From the NCBI GenBank assembly GCA_951406725.2, contig OX597814.1, forward strand, positions 139,128,001 to 139,192,000: a DNA stretch of 64,000 nucleotides, given 5' to 3'. The notes beneath the pieces were generated by a model that saw nothing but the letters and a program-made list of their open reading frames with translations, had not been told where the DNA came from and made no database searches. Positions 38,541 through 52,459 of this stretch are shown here, one piece after another (position 1 is the first letter of the stretch; each line of letters opens with the position of its first letter). Position numbers and translations under genes: made by a program. The DNA is from Octopus vulgaris (lineage: Eukaryota).

Positions 38541-41500
38541 TTTTAGTCTATTGATGCCTGAATTCATAACCTAACCGTATTTGTTTTATTGCAGTTCTCG
38601 ATTCAAATCTAATTTACACGTGTCTAATTTAATGATATATGTGCAAACATCGTTCTTTGATGTTTATACATGTATATCATAAGAGAACATTTTCTCTTCT
38701 TTATCTATTTCTTTTCCTTTGTTATTCTTATTACTCTATTCTTTGTTGCTATAGATAGCTGGTGAACTATCCATGCACGATCTTTCCAGACCCATCACAC
38801 CGTAAATGTCCAGTTGCTTTGTTTAGCTCCAGGTCAGCTATGATCGAATAGACGCTCTATTTATATCCATCCATTCCGATATCCACATAGGGTTATCTAG
38901 GTCTACATGAACCAATGTAGTCCTAGTAGACTACATTGGTTCATGTAATACATTTTATTCCTTTTTTAATGCGATTCTAAGCAGATTTGACTACTGTTTC
39001 TAGCAGGTTGAACAATCATCAAGAGGTTTCTTCATTGGTTTGTGATGCTTCTCACTAGTTTGCCTCCCAGAAAAAGAAATTACCTGTCGACGATTGCAAT
39101 AACAAGGTAAGCTAGTAGAAATGTCGGTAACTACATACCTGCTGCATTCTTTTACTCATAATACACTTTAATAAATAGTTGGGCTGTTATGCATATCATT
39201 TACGAACTGCAAAATGTTATAGATAACTTTTCAATTAAGCCTTTAAGTGATCGCAGGGCACATGCATGGCTACTTGGGTTAAGAGATTCGCTTCGAGACT
39301 ACGTGGTTCCATGTTCGGCACTGTCGGTATCTTCTATCCAAGCCTTGGGTTGGCTAATAACCTGTGAGTTTAATTTGGTGTACAGAAGGATGAAACCTGT
39401 CTGGTATGTGTGTGTGTGTGTGTGTGAGAGAGACAGAGACAGACAGACAGACAGACAGATAGACAGACAGACAGACATACAAACAGATAGGCAGAGACAG
39501 AGACAGAGAGTGGTGGGGTATATATATCGACGAAAGATATTGATAGCAGCAAAAAAAAACGATAAAATGGTTCTTTCAAATGAAACCTTTTTGCGATAAT
39601 TAATCCCCTCGAATTACACAAACAATCCGTTATCACGATCGCCATCGTTGGTACAACGAAGCAGTGATTGGTCCGTCGGGAAAATATGATCCTTTATCTA
39701 TAAAGACAAAATGCTATCGAAGCTTCCACAGGGTTGTTGCTTATGTAAAGTATATGAAGGATAAATACCTCCACTAGAGAGAATACAAGTCTATTGCAGT
39801 CAGCATTTCCTAGGTAATCTGAGAATCACTTGAACTGAATCGATAAAGAATAAATTTTCTTCTCAACCTTGAACTCAGAAATCTAGAAGTAATAGCATTA
39901 ATCAAAAATATGTGTTACCAATGAACTTTAATATCTCCATTATGAACCAACGAGAGTGCCTCCACGTCAATTCTTTCCAAACTTTTGTATATTTTTATTT
40001 GTAATTTTTTTTAATTTGAAGTTGAGAAAATTTGAAGCAAGCCTACTTTGTGGAAAAAGCACTTTCTTCTATTCTTCTTTCAACCATTTTGAATTTGACG
40101 TATTGTATACTTCTTAATTGTTGTGTTGCTAATGGAGTTGTCTAATTCAGAAAATTGCTTTGTTTTCATATTTGTTCGTCGTTAGTTAATAAATAAGTGA
40201 AATAACACTGTTGAGTGCTGTTTTAATTGTTATTATTATTTGAACTATATAAAGTGTTTAAAAACGGTAGTTAAAATTTCTTGCTTGTTGCTTGTTTTAT
40301 TGTAATAGAAGCTAAAACCAAAATTACTCAATAAAATAGAGTGAGAAAAATTTTTATAAAGTTGCCAGTGAATAAACAGAAGGAAAACGGTTGAGAATCC
40401 TTGCTCTATGTGGTTGATGCACCTTCGAAAAATATTAACCAAATTCAAAGCACATCTTACCATGATCAAGCATGACATATTAAATATTTTAATTTTTGTT
40501 ATTTTCTCTAAAAGCACGATAAGATTATCGTGCCTTAAACACGTTGATCTTATGTCTGATTCATTAGCGTTGACTTTCTGTTAAACAACAACATTTCCTT
40601 TAATCCATTGGTATAATATAAAAGTAAAATTTCAAAAGTTTATGATTCTAATATTGTTTATAATTGAACTGGATGATGTGTATGAATTATAAATTAGGTA
40701 CTATATTTAACTATGTAAGGAGTAGAAAGCAGTAATTCAATAACTAATATTAATTTAATTTGCTCTCGACGAATTCGGGTAAGAACTTTGGATATGTTTC
40801 AGTCTTATATGAAGTTTTCTATTCACAAACTCTCATTGGTCAATTCTAAAAGAAATACACAAAGTTAACTTATGGTGATAGATTAAATGAAATCATTAAA
40901 TTTTAAATTTCTAGAAATATCTTTCATTGAATGTTTTACAGAGACACAAAATCATAGACTTATTCGGTCGGCGAAATGAGAGAATTGCGTTTGCACGAGA
41001 TTAATTTATCGACAAAATGATTTTTGTGATGTTACGAGCATTAGTAACATAAAATAAATTATATGGCTATAAGGAATATAAAGCACGTCATGACCTTACT
41101 CGTCGAGATATTATTATTACTTCGCAGTATTAATTCTTTCTGTTTTTCATATTGTTGTAACAATCACGGTAAATGTCACGCTAGAGCATCGCCCATATCT
41201 TCGTCTTTCAGGGTATGGTTTTCGTGCTATTTTTATGACACAGCATTAAATTGTGGTGAGACGTGCAGTTAATTGAATCGATCCCTTTCATGATTGGTAC
41301 ATATTTTATCAATTTATTGAACCTGGAGGAATAGAATCGTGACGGAGAGATACAAAACCAAAACGTTAGAATTTTCTCATCATGTTATACTAACATTATC
41401 CAGTTCTCTAGACTTTGTTGCACCAGTCTTACTCTTTTTGCGAATAGAAACCGCATCTAGTCTCACTGAATCTTAGAGCTTAAATGTTAAATAATGTAAG

Positions 41501-42390
41501 CCACTCATTCTGATGCTGAACTATTCCCCAGCACAATTGAATATTAAGTAGAAATAAACAGACATATATCCCGTATTCATAGCTAGATTTATACATACTT
41601 AACCTATCCAATGCATCTACATTAAATACCGGAGTATATTTGCAGCGAAATACGAAATAGAAAACATAAAATAAAATAAAAATCGATTTGCCAGCTGACT
41701 TACTGCAATATTGAGCAGAATTATTCAACGAGTAAACCAAACAATCGGTGCAGTGGATATAAATATTAAAAACATTTAGTTTCCTATTTATCTGTTTATT
41801 TACGCAATAGACTTTTGAATAATAAATCTTAGTCAAAGATGATGTTGACTTCATGTGCGTATGTGTATGCGCGCGCGTGTGTGCGTGTATGGATGGATGG
41901 ATGAATGGATGAATGTATATATCGATATGATATCGATGCTGTTGTCCTCTAGGAGATATATACCAAATAAGCCGAAGAGACGAATCTTGATTTCCCATCT
42001 GCTTTATCTTTAAATCCATTCAAGTGGATTTACCTTAATTCTTCTGTGCCATATTTGTTTAGTAATTTTTCGAAAATAACGGAAGGGAAACAAATATTGA
42101 TTTTCATAGAATCTATTTCATTGCACTCTGTTTTGATTCTCATATTTTACTTCACAATATTTTCTAACTTGAAATGATACAGGATAAAACTTCTTATCAT
42201 AGGGGCGCGGGGAGTGTGTTTTCATACATGGAATATGTAACTAAATCTGTTATTGCCACAAACTATTTTTTGCCTTTCTATCGCTCTCATATTCCTATAA
42301 GCCATCATAGTATTTGCTTCAGTCACTTCTCTCACACATATTATCCCTCCGCTGCTCTTACTCGCTCTCACTCTGCCTCTTGATGTGTTC

Positions 42391-42436
<46 letters not shown>

Positions 42437-42471
42437 AATATATTATATATATATATGTATATTATATGTGC

Positions 42472-42513
<42 letters not shown>

Positions 42514-42562
42514 TATATATATATTATATATATGTATATTATATATATATATATTATCTATC

Positions 42563-42601
<39 letters not shown>

Positions 42602-42639
42602 ATTACATATGCGATCAATCATGATCTTTCATAAATTGA

Positions 42640-44345
42640 TTGGGCCTTCACGCACGCACGCCTTCCAACATAAACACAGCATGGCAGACATTTGTAAATA
42701 CTGTTACAAATATATGCGCAAAACATACTCCATTAAGATCAGTATACAAATCTAAGTGCAGAATCCGTAGAAATAGAAGAGCAATTATCAGTAAAATGAA
42801 AAGAATTCACAAGAAAATCAACCATCTTAAATACTGCCAGCAGCAACGCACCCATTCAACTGCCATTGTATCACTCGAATCGAAAAAATATGACCTCGAA
42901 AAAATACATCGAAAAAAATGCGTGATGACCATCATTAACAGTCAAAGAGCAGCTGAGGAGAGTCAGGCCATTGAGAAAATAAAGCTCTATCTCAAAATGT
43001 TCTTTTCATTTGCAAAAAAAACATAAAGATGCTGTTTCCACTGTTGGTCCTCTGGTTGATGAGAACAACAATCTACATGATGATGCAAAATCCATGTACG
43101 AGATACTGCAGAGACATTACTGTTCTGTTTTCAGTAGCGCGAATGTGGTTGATCTGGCTAGTATCAGTGCTGTAAACTCCCAACTAACCATATCTGACAT
43201 AACTTTTGGTGCTCCTGATATCCTAAGAGAAATAGATATAAGATAAAGTTCCTGGCCACTGTTCTGAAGATGTGTCGACATCAAATTGCACCCCCTCTAG
43301 CTGAGTTCTGAAGAAACTCACTTGATGCAGGCTACATTCCTGATCATTTTCTTTCCCAGTCTGTCGTTCCAATCTTCAAAAATGGAAACAAATCTCTTGC
43401 AGTGAACTACCGTCCGATTTCACTCACTTCTCATATCATTTAAGTATTTCAGAGGGTGGGGAGATCGCGAATAACTTACTTCCTCGAAGATAACAATCTG
43501 CTAAACCCCACCCAGCATGGTTTCCATGGAGGCAGGGACTGCTTGTTGCCTCTTCTACACTATTTTGATGACATCTTAAAAGCACTGGGAGAGGGCTCCA
43601 ACACTGACATCATATACCTTGATTTCAGTAAGGCATTTGACAGAGTGGACCACAAAATCCTGCTGAAGAAACTGTCCAACATTGGAGTCCGTGGAAAGCT
43701 GCTGCAGTGGATAAAGTGTTTCCCGACAAACAGAGCCCAACATGTTGTGTTTGAGGGAATACTATCCAGCTCAGCCAAAGTCAGTAGTGGTGTCCAACAA
43801 GGTACTGTGTTGGGCCCACTCCTCTTCATTATTTACATCAACGACATAATAGATGTCATCAAACAATCTACATTGCAAATCTTTGCAGATGATTCCAAAC
43901 TCAAGAAAGCCATAAACGGCATGGGAGACCGAACATACCTTCAGTCAGATCTGTTTGCTATTGTCTTATGGGCGGAAAAAAACAATATGCTTTTAAATGA
44001 AGATAAGTTTGATTTGATCCACTTTAGAAAAGAGGAAACTCTGAAATTACCATATGCTCTTCCCTCGGGCGACTCCCTAGTGTCATCCAACAACACCAGA
44101 GACCTTGGAGTAATTGTTGATAACAATCTAAGCTGGAGTTCCCACGTAAAGAGCAAAGTTGACTTGGCCCGCAAGATGTGCTCCTGGATGATGCCTACAC
44201 CATCATCCTTCTCTACTTTACTTTTGCCCGACCCCACCTTGAATACTGTTGCCCACTGTGGTCCCCCCCACCACCATACGAAGCAACTCATTATTAAAGT
44301 AGACGCACTCTAGAGGTCAATAACAAGAAAGATAGACGGCATGAG
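42640..44345 (+). mobile_element. CR1/L2-group LINE ORF2 reverse-transcriptase fragment (pseudogenised)
   Basis: NYRPISLTS, QHGF, IYLDFSKAFDRVDHKILLKKL, SGVQQGTVLGPLLFIIYIND, IFADDSK, LQSDL, RDLGVIVDNNLSW; stops and frameshifts upstream; 3' end cut by a SINE. Confidence 0.9.
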
Positions 44346-44379
44346 AGGCATTGATTATTGGGGTCGACTAAAAAACTCG

Positions 44380-44691
44380 CCTTTAGTCGAGCAAAGCGAC
44401 CCCAGGACTTATTCTTTGTAAGCCTAGTACTTATTCTATGGGCTTCTTTTGCCGAACCACTAAGTAAAGGGGACATAAGCACACCAACATTGGTTGTCAA
44501 GAGATGTTGGGGGGACAAACACAGACACACAAACATACACGCACACACATATATACGACAGGCTTCTTTCAGTTTCCGTCTACCAAATTCACTCACAAGA
44601 CTTTGGTCAGCCCTAGGCTGTAGTAGAAGGCACTTACCATCTTACCATGTGCTTGGTAAACAAGCTACTTACCACACAGACAATCCTGCGC

Positions 44692-44732
<41 letters not shown>

Positions 44733-44912
44733 CACACATACATATACGGGCGCAGGAGTGATTGTGTGGTAGCTAGCTTGCTTACTAACTTACCAACCAT
44801 ATGGTTCCGGGTTCAGTCCCACTGAGTGATATCTTACGCAAGTGTCTTCTACTATAGCCACGGGCCGACCAAAGCCTTTTAGTGGACTTGGTAGACGAAA
44901 ACTGAAAGAAGC

Positions 44913-44920
<8 letters not shown>
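44380..44920. mobile_element. two head-to-head SINE family A copies (44380-44695 minus, 44748-44920 plus)
   Basis: Family A consensus blocks in opposite orientations around a (TA)n tract. Confidence 0.8.
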
Positions 44921-44971
<51 letters not shown>

Positions 44972-45279
44972 CGTATATGTGTTATTTATACGTACAGAAA
45001 AAAAAGGAATTATAAAGAGAATATGGGAAAGAAAAACCGAATAATAGATATGGGAGTGGATAGTTGGGCTTGAGTTTAGAAACAAAAACAGGTGCTCACA
45101 CACACACACACATAATTCTTTTTGGGAATGTTCCATCATGATGTGAATAAGCTATAAAAGTGTAAATATTGATATCTGATGTGATGAACGCGTTTTTAGC
45201 GTCCACGAAACTTTGATTCATATGGAGCCGCGTAAAACTGTTATCAAAAATATCTGTAACTCCTACCAAGTGAAAGCGG

Positions 45280-45850
<571 letters not shown>

Positions 45851-46124
45851 CATACACATGCATATATGCATATATATCTGTGTAGGTGTGTGTGTATAAC
45901 TGCTTTGGTCGGCCCATGGCTATAGTAGAAGACACTTGCCCAAGGTGCCACTGAACCCGGAACGATGTGGTTGGTAAGTTGGTAAGCAAGCTAGTTACCA
46001 CACAACCACTCCTGCGCCCGCATATGTATGTGTATATATATATATATATATATATACATAAACAGACATATACAGAAACATATGTGCGCACCTCAATTCC
46101 GATTAATGCTATCGCTTGATCATG

Positions 46125-46385
46125 AGTAGCATGGATGTGACTTTTCAGTCTTACTTGACTCTTCAGTCTTTTGTACAGATATGATAACGAAGAGTGCCTC
46201 TTGCAGCAGGTGTTCAGAGAGCTTACTACACATCCTGACACACGCCTTCGTTCCATCATGAAATTTTTCATTGGGTGCTTTGCCTTTTGCAGTTATGACC
46301 AGCTTTAGAGTGCAATACATAATAGAAATGTTTAGAGAAATGTTTAAAATCAAGTGCTGCCTGTGCCGGAGGTTTTATTTTAAAT
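46125..46385 (+). mobile_element. 3' UTR remnant related to the R4-like LINE at 31730-31935
   Basis: Shared blocks GAGTGCCTCTTGCAGCA, AGAGCTTAC, CTGACAC..GCCTTC.TTCCATCATG.AA.TTTTCATT, TGCCTGTGCC. Confidence 0.6.
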
Positions 46386-46761
46386 TAGGAAAGACGTGTA
46401 CGGGAACAATCTCACTCTCTAAACGATGTATGTTTTTGCCCAAAAAGAAGACGTTTTTTACATCATTGCTTGCAAACGAATTCGAAGGTGTTTCATCAGA
46501 GTTTTCCTTCTCCTAGTGAAATATATAAACAAAGACTAGGGCTCCTTCACTCTCAACTGGACATCCGTTGATATTATTCAGTTTGTACACCCTTTGATGG
46601 GTCTTGTTTCTTTTTTCCAGCAAAATGTGCACCAAGAACCACCCTTCTTACCAAGCAAGCTTGATAGTGTTGCCGGCTGAGCCGCCAACGCCCATCCAAG
46701 CAGTAGGTTGTAATATAACATACATTCAAACATACATACACACAAACACACACAAACACAC

Positions 46762-46868
<107 letters not shown>

Positions 46869-46870
46869 TA

Positions 46871-47085
46871 CAGTAATACCTCGACTATAGCGAGTGTTAG
46901 GTTTGATAGCCCATGCGATAGGTGAAAATCCGTGAAGTAGAAACAGTACTGTATTTTTTGATTTTTTTGATTTTTATAATTCTTATATATCTATTTTATT
47001 ATAAATGCAAAACAACACCACGGAGAAATCGACGTGATCTTAAATAAAAAACGCGATAGGTGAACCGCGATACGGGATTACAGTG
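46871..47085. mobile_element. Tigger/pogo-like MITE
   Basis: TA-CAGTAATACCTCGACTATAGCG left end; degenerate right end CGCGATACGGGATTACAGTG-TA; internal GCGATAGGTGAA repeats; homologous to 56927-57434 and 59485-59623. Confidence 0.65.
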
Positions 47086-47689
47086 TATGTTTTTGTTGAT
47101 GTGTGTGCGTGTGTGTGTGTGTGTGTGTGTAAATGGGTTTAAAAGCTCATTACAACTGCTACACTCATACAAGTATATATATACACAAACACACATACGT
47201 ATATATATAGAACCAATGAACATCGGTTAAATTGATTAGAATTGAATCTTCTTTCCGTTTCCTAAAAAATCTTATTGCCAATAATGAAATATGTTTTTTA
47301 AGTTTAAATAATTTTAATTTATTTATTTTGTAAACTTTCATTTATTATTTTTTTCTTTCCATTCATAATTTTATTTTGATGGACATATCCTTTCCATCTC
47401 AATCTCAACATTTCCATCTTGGAAACTAATAGCCTTTCCCGAACGTATCGCTTCTAAATTTAAGTTGCGACTTTTTAAAAAAACCATTGAAACTTAATAT
47501 TCTACTTCATTTCCGAATTATAGTTAAATGGAAGTTTCTACAAAAATGATGTCGAAGACAATTAGGTTATCAATCGTTTCACTATACCTAGTTGTGAGAG
47601 CTTGCGTATGCGGAATCAATTCTCCACGAAATGGGTTTCTTTTTCCCCTCTTTTGTAGATTTGTGACATATCTTATTTCTATTTTTTTA

Positions 47690-48098
47690 ATTTCTTTATT
47701 GCCCACAAGGAGCTAAACATAGAGGGGACAAACAAGGACAGACAAACGGATTAAGTCGATTACATCGACCCCAGTGCGTAACTGGTACTTAATTTATCGA
47801 CCCCGAAAGGATGAAAGGCAAAGTCGACCTCGGCGGAATTTGAACTCGGAACGTAGCAGCAGACGAAATACCTATTTCTTTACTAACCACAAGGGGCTAA
47901 ACACAGGGGACAAACAAAGACAGACAAACGGATTAAGTCGATTACATCGACCCCAGTGCGTAACAGGTACTTAATTTATCGACCCCGAAAGGATGAAAGG
48001 CAAAGTCGACCACGGCGGAATTTGAACTCAGAACGTAACGGCAGACGAAATACCGCTAAGCATTTCGCCCGGCATGCTAAAGTTTCTGCCAGCTCGCC
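47690..48098 (-). mobile_element. dimeric SINE family B, full length
   Basis: Two tandem body+tail units, highly similar to 56191-56605. Confidence 0.9.
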
Positions 48099-49774
48099 AC
48101 AAGTACACAACTGATAGTTCCTAATGTACTAGTGAATTACTGTACTATTAAGTTGAGTAGGTATTCAGCAGATCTATTAAGTACTATTAAGTTGATTAGG
48201 TATTCGCAAACGTGGCGCTATGTCGAGGGGAAATATTTAATTCTCAGCACCTTATATCAGCATGCCGCTGTTTATGTGCGTGTGTATGTGTGCGTGTGCG
48301 CGCGCGCGTGAGTGCGTGTGGGGGATGTAGTGAAAGAAAATAGAGATTGAATAATCCAGGCGAATACATTAGTTATGCCTCTATACAGGAAGTCCATTAA
48401 GGAGTATAATAATCCATATCGGTCATTTATACCATGTGACAGGTGCAAACTGTAAATCCATAGTTATTCTATAACTGATAGGTTGATATATTAATCACTG
48501 TGTATGACGGTAATGAAAAACAGAATGAAGAATTATATTCATATAATACTTCCTGTACTTATTTCATGGAAATCATTGAACCGTACTCACATCATACCAT
48601 ACTCTGCATGCTTAATCGATCAATTATTTGATGAATTGATTAAGTATTCTCATCAAGGGTTAAAAGTATCTGTTGAATTTTTAGAAAAGTCACCAGCATG
48701 TGTAAGTGGGCAGCTGTTAGAAGACATTCAAATTTTCTCACATTATTTATCTCTACGCTGGGTTCACATTCTTGGGAGATATTGGTGTTAACCAACTTGG
48801 AGAAGTTAAGTCTGTGAGATTTATTATCCTCTATTTTTCTCTAGACATTGGTTATTATAGGACGCTTGGGAATCATAGGGTTCTCACAGTTAACCATTTC
48901 ATTAGGCCTATAACTATAAGAGTTACCATTTATTGTATTAGTGTTAATGATATTCCCTTTAAGAGACAATGAGATACTGTCACCTTCTTCATCCTAAGTA
49001 GATATCTTTTTCATCCTCAGGTGCAACATAAAATGCTTGAGTTATGTTGTCATTTGATATAAGATGGAGTCGACGTAGTCTAGACACAATGAAGACAACA
49101 CATATTCTATTTATTATTAGAATAAAATATTGTCATCTCATGTTTAGCAGTATTCAGTTTGGATAATGCCTTCATATAAGTCTGATATTTCAGAGAAACT
49201 CGTAAAATTTGCAATGTGGTAATAAGGAGACATCCAGTCGTTGGAGAGATTGGTAGTCGATATGACACTGAGTGGTCATCGGAGAGGGCATCGAGCAAGA
49301 CAGAAATGGGTCCTCAACGATAATTTGTATCGTTCTCACAGTCCTCAGCAACACCTAGTAAGATACTGAGTCAATATTGTACCAAATCGGGATAACTATA
49401 GTATGTCAGGATATTTTTAGGCATGCATTGAAAAAAAGTTGACGAAGATTTAACATTGTGACCTCTGTGTTGATATTTTCTGTGCTGTGAATATAAAAGG
49501 CTGTGGAGTCGCCAATCTTTTTCATAGCATTGATTGTATAAGTTTTCTGCTGTTCCTGTTTAAGAAGTAAAAATGTCGTTGAAGTCGTTAAATGCAATGA
49601 TATCCACTGATTAGAATTTTTGATTCGTTTCATATATCTTGCATAAGTGAGACGGTCCTTGTTTTTAAGTAACTTAGCGTATTCATACGTTTTTATAATG
49701 CATTTTTGTATGTATGATTGGGCCCCGGTAATAATAAAGAAAACAATTATTGTTGTTGGTTTTGTTGCGAAAAG

Positions 49775-49995
49775 GTAGGCGAACTATTGAATTGCTAGCA
49801 CACCGGACAAAATGTTAAGCAGTATTTTTTCCGACTTTACATTCTGAGTTCAAATTCCTCCAAGGTCGGCGCTTTCCTTCATCCACTCGGAGTCGATGAA
49901 ATAAGTACTACTTGAGGTACTTATTTTATCGATGTAATCGACTTGCCCCCTTTCTGGAAATTGCTGGCCTTGTGCCAAATTTTGAAACCAATATT
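49775..49995 (+). mobile_element. SINE family B, diverged
   Basis: GAGTTCAAATTCC..TCATCC..GGAGTCGATGAAATAAGTAC..GCTGGCCTTGTGCCAAATTTTGAAAC. Confidence 0.7.
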
Positions 49996-50530
49996 AATAG
50001 CATTATTACTATCTTCATTTTCGTATTTAGCTTGCAAGATTCTGGATGTGATTTTAGGGTTGTCTAGAAGCAAACCATAACAATGATATCATCAAACTCC
50101 TAACTCCAACAACTAACTTAACCAATTCAATTAAAAAATCCTAGTTCCAAACTAGTCTAAAAATTCTCCCAAACAAAAATATGTCTTAAGGACTAGTCTA
50201 AAAACCAACTGTAAGCACCAACCCCCTAATCCAACAACTTCTGAACAACAAAATGCATAACCCCAGCAACTAGCCAAACAAGAATCTTGTGTTGAAGCAG
50301 ATCTTTTTGTATTTAGGGAAATGATTCTCCTTACGAAATACAGCAAGACTATCACTATCGTTATTACGTTTGTAATAGTATGGCTGATAGGTAGTCGTCA
50401 CAGAGTTTTTAATAAAAAGAGTATTTATTGCGGGTCTTTGCATTCTAGGTTCAAATGCTCCGGGGGCCAACTGTTTTTAATCATTTTTCTATCTTTCTGG
50501 AGTAAATTATCCGTGAAGTACGAGAATCGA

Positions 50531-50810
50531 TGGTATCGACGAGACTTCTCCCTTCAAAAACTGCTAGTCTTGCGTCTAAATTAGAAACAATTATTGCGAG
50601 TAGTAGTAATAGTTTCTGTTTATTTAATAATGATATGGAATAGTTTGGTTTTATAAATAGCTATTTCTACACATATTGATAATAAACTCTGTCAATTTTT
50701 AAAAAGAAATGAAATAGGAAAAAGAACACGAAACTCTTCCGTTGGTGTCGACGAGACTTTTCCCTTCAAAATCTGCTAGTCTTGCGCCTAAATTAGACAA
50801 CAATTATTGC

Positions 50811-50874
<64 letters not shown>

Positions 50875-51004
50875 TTCTGTTTATTTAGCAGTTATATGGA
50901 ATAGTTTGGTTTTATAAATAGCTATTTCTGCACATATTGATAATAAACTCTGTCAATTTTTAAAAAGAAATGAAATAGAAAAAAAGAACACGAAACTCTT
51001 CCGT
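50531..51004. repeat. local tandem duplication (50531-50742 / 50743-51004)
   Basis: Two near-identical units; the second carries (TAG)20 where the first has TAGTAGTAATAG. Confidence 0.9.
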
Positions 51005-51769
51005 TCGTTCGGACAGTATTAGCCTTTCGTTATGTTCTCACCTCTGGCGTTCTCCAGTAGAGAATCTAATAATGAGCGATAAAATACACACATGATGTTT
51101 AGACAAGCTGTCAAGCTCAACTTTCGTTCTTTGCAATATCATTCAGTCGTCTCTTTATATATTTGTTGTTTAGAAGAAATGCTATAATTTATGCAGTTCA
51201 AAAGCATAAATAGAATTGGAATGGAAGTGGGATCGCTGTAACAGCAGCAATAGCAGTAGTGGAGTTATGAACTTACTGTATCTAGTTATTTTGCATTCTA
51301 GGCTCATGCCTTTTATCTTTTACTTGTTCACGCTATTGTGCTGGGGCACCATCTTTAAGGCGTTTGCCAAACAAGTCGGCCCAAGTACATTTTTTTCATT
51401 TAGTCCGGAACGTATTCTAGCGGCGTCTTTTACCGAATCGGTAAGTTACAGAGTCTGACTCTGTCTGAAGACATGTACGATATTCGTTAGGATGAAATGC
51501 TCTATAAACTCCATTTATGAATGGCATTTATATTGTGACACCATTTATTAATTAGCAAATACAAAAGCATATGTAACAGCTCTGTGTTTATCTCTCATGG
51601 TTGATGCGTTCTTTACGATATATTTTATAGCCTAATTCGAACCTCAGAGTACCTATGGGATCCCGCGGAGGACATTTAATGTGATTACTGATAAGAGCCG
51701 CAACCAAAACGTACATTCGTTGCATAGTAAGCGCATCCATTTTTACTTATAAATATATATATTTTTTTT

Positions 51770-52170
51770 ATATTTTACTTGTTTCAGTCATTAAACAGCA
51801 GTCATGCTGGGGCACCACCTTAAAGAATTTTTAGTCGAAAGAATCAATCCCAGTATAATTTGTGGGTGGGGTATGTAACTATGGTACTTAGTCTATCGGG
51901 CTCTTTGGCCGAGCAGCTAAATTACGGGGACGTAAGTACATCAACACCGGTTGTCAAGACATGGTAGGGAACAAAGGCAGACACAAAGACCCACACGTAC
52001 ATTTACAACGCGTTTCTTTCAGTTGCTGTCAACCAAGTACATTCACAAGGTTTTGGTTGGCCCGAGGCTATAGTAGAAGACACCTGCCCATGGTGTGACA
52101 CAGTGGGACCAAACCCAGAATCATATGGCTGGGAAGCAAGCTTCTTACCAAACAACTACGTCTGCGCCTA
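51770..52170 (-). mobile_element. SINE family A
   Basis: Family A consensus on the minus strand, ending TAGGCGCAGACGTAG. Confidence 0.8.
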
Positions 52171-52459
52171 CATATATATATATATATATATAGGGAAAAA
52201 ATAAGTTCAAAAAGGAACAATTCAAACATTTTGTGGGGTCCATAAAGAGAGAAAAAAATGATTTCTTATAAAGATCCATCATATTCATAAAAAACAGCCA
52301 GAGCAAGTAATAAGAATATGGAAATAGTAGTTGAAAAATATCAACTACTATAGGTATAAATATACCATAAACAATTATCAAAAATTGGAGGAGAAAAAGA
52401 TGTTGCATCAAAATTAGAGTTAATACAAAATACAGCGATATTTTTCAACTATGTTTTGC

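Noticed and set aside
40514-40533. Hairpin GCACGATAA-GA-TTATCGTGC
   Set aside because: 9-bp stem with no associated CTRR terminus or element context; chance cannot be excluded.
47690-48098. Tandem repeats with spacers suggestive of a CRISPR array
   Set aside because: Eukaryotic SINE dimer; units are ~180 bp and there are no unique spacers or cas genes.
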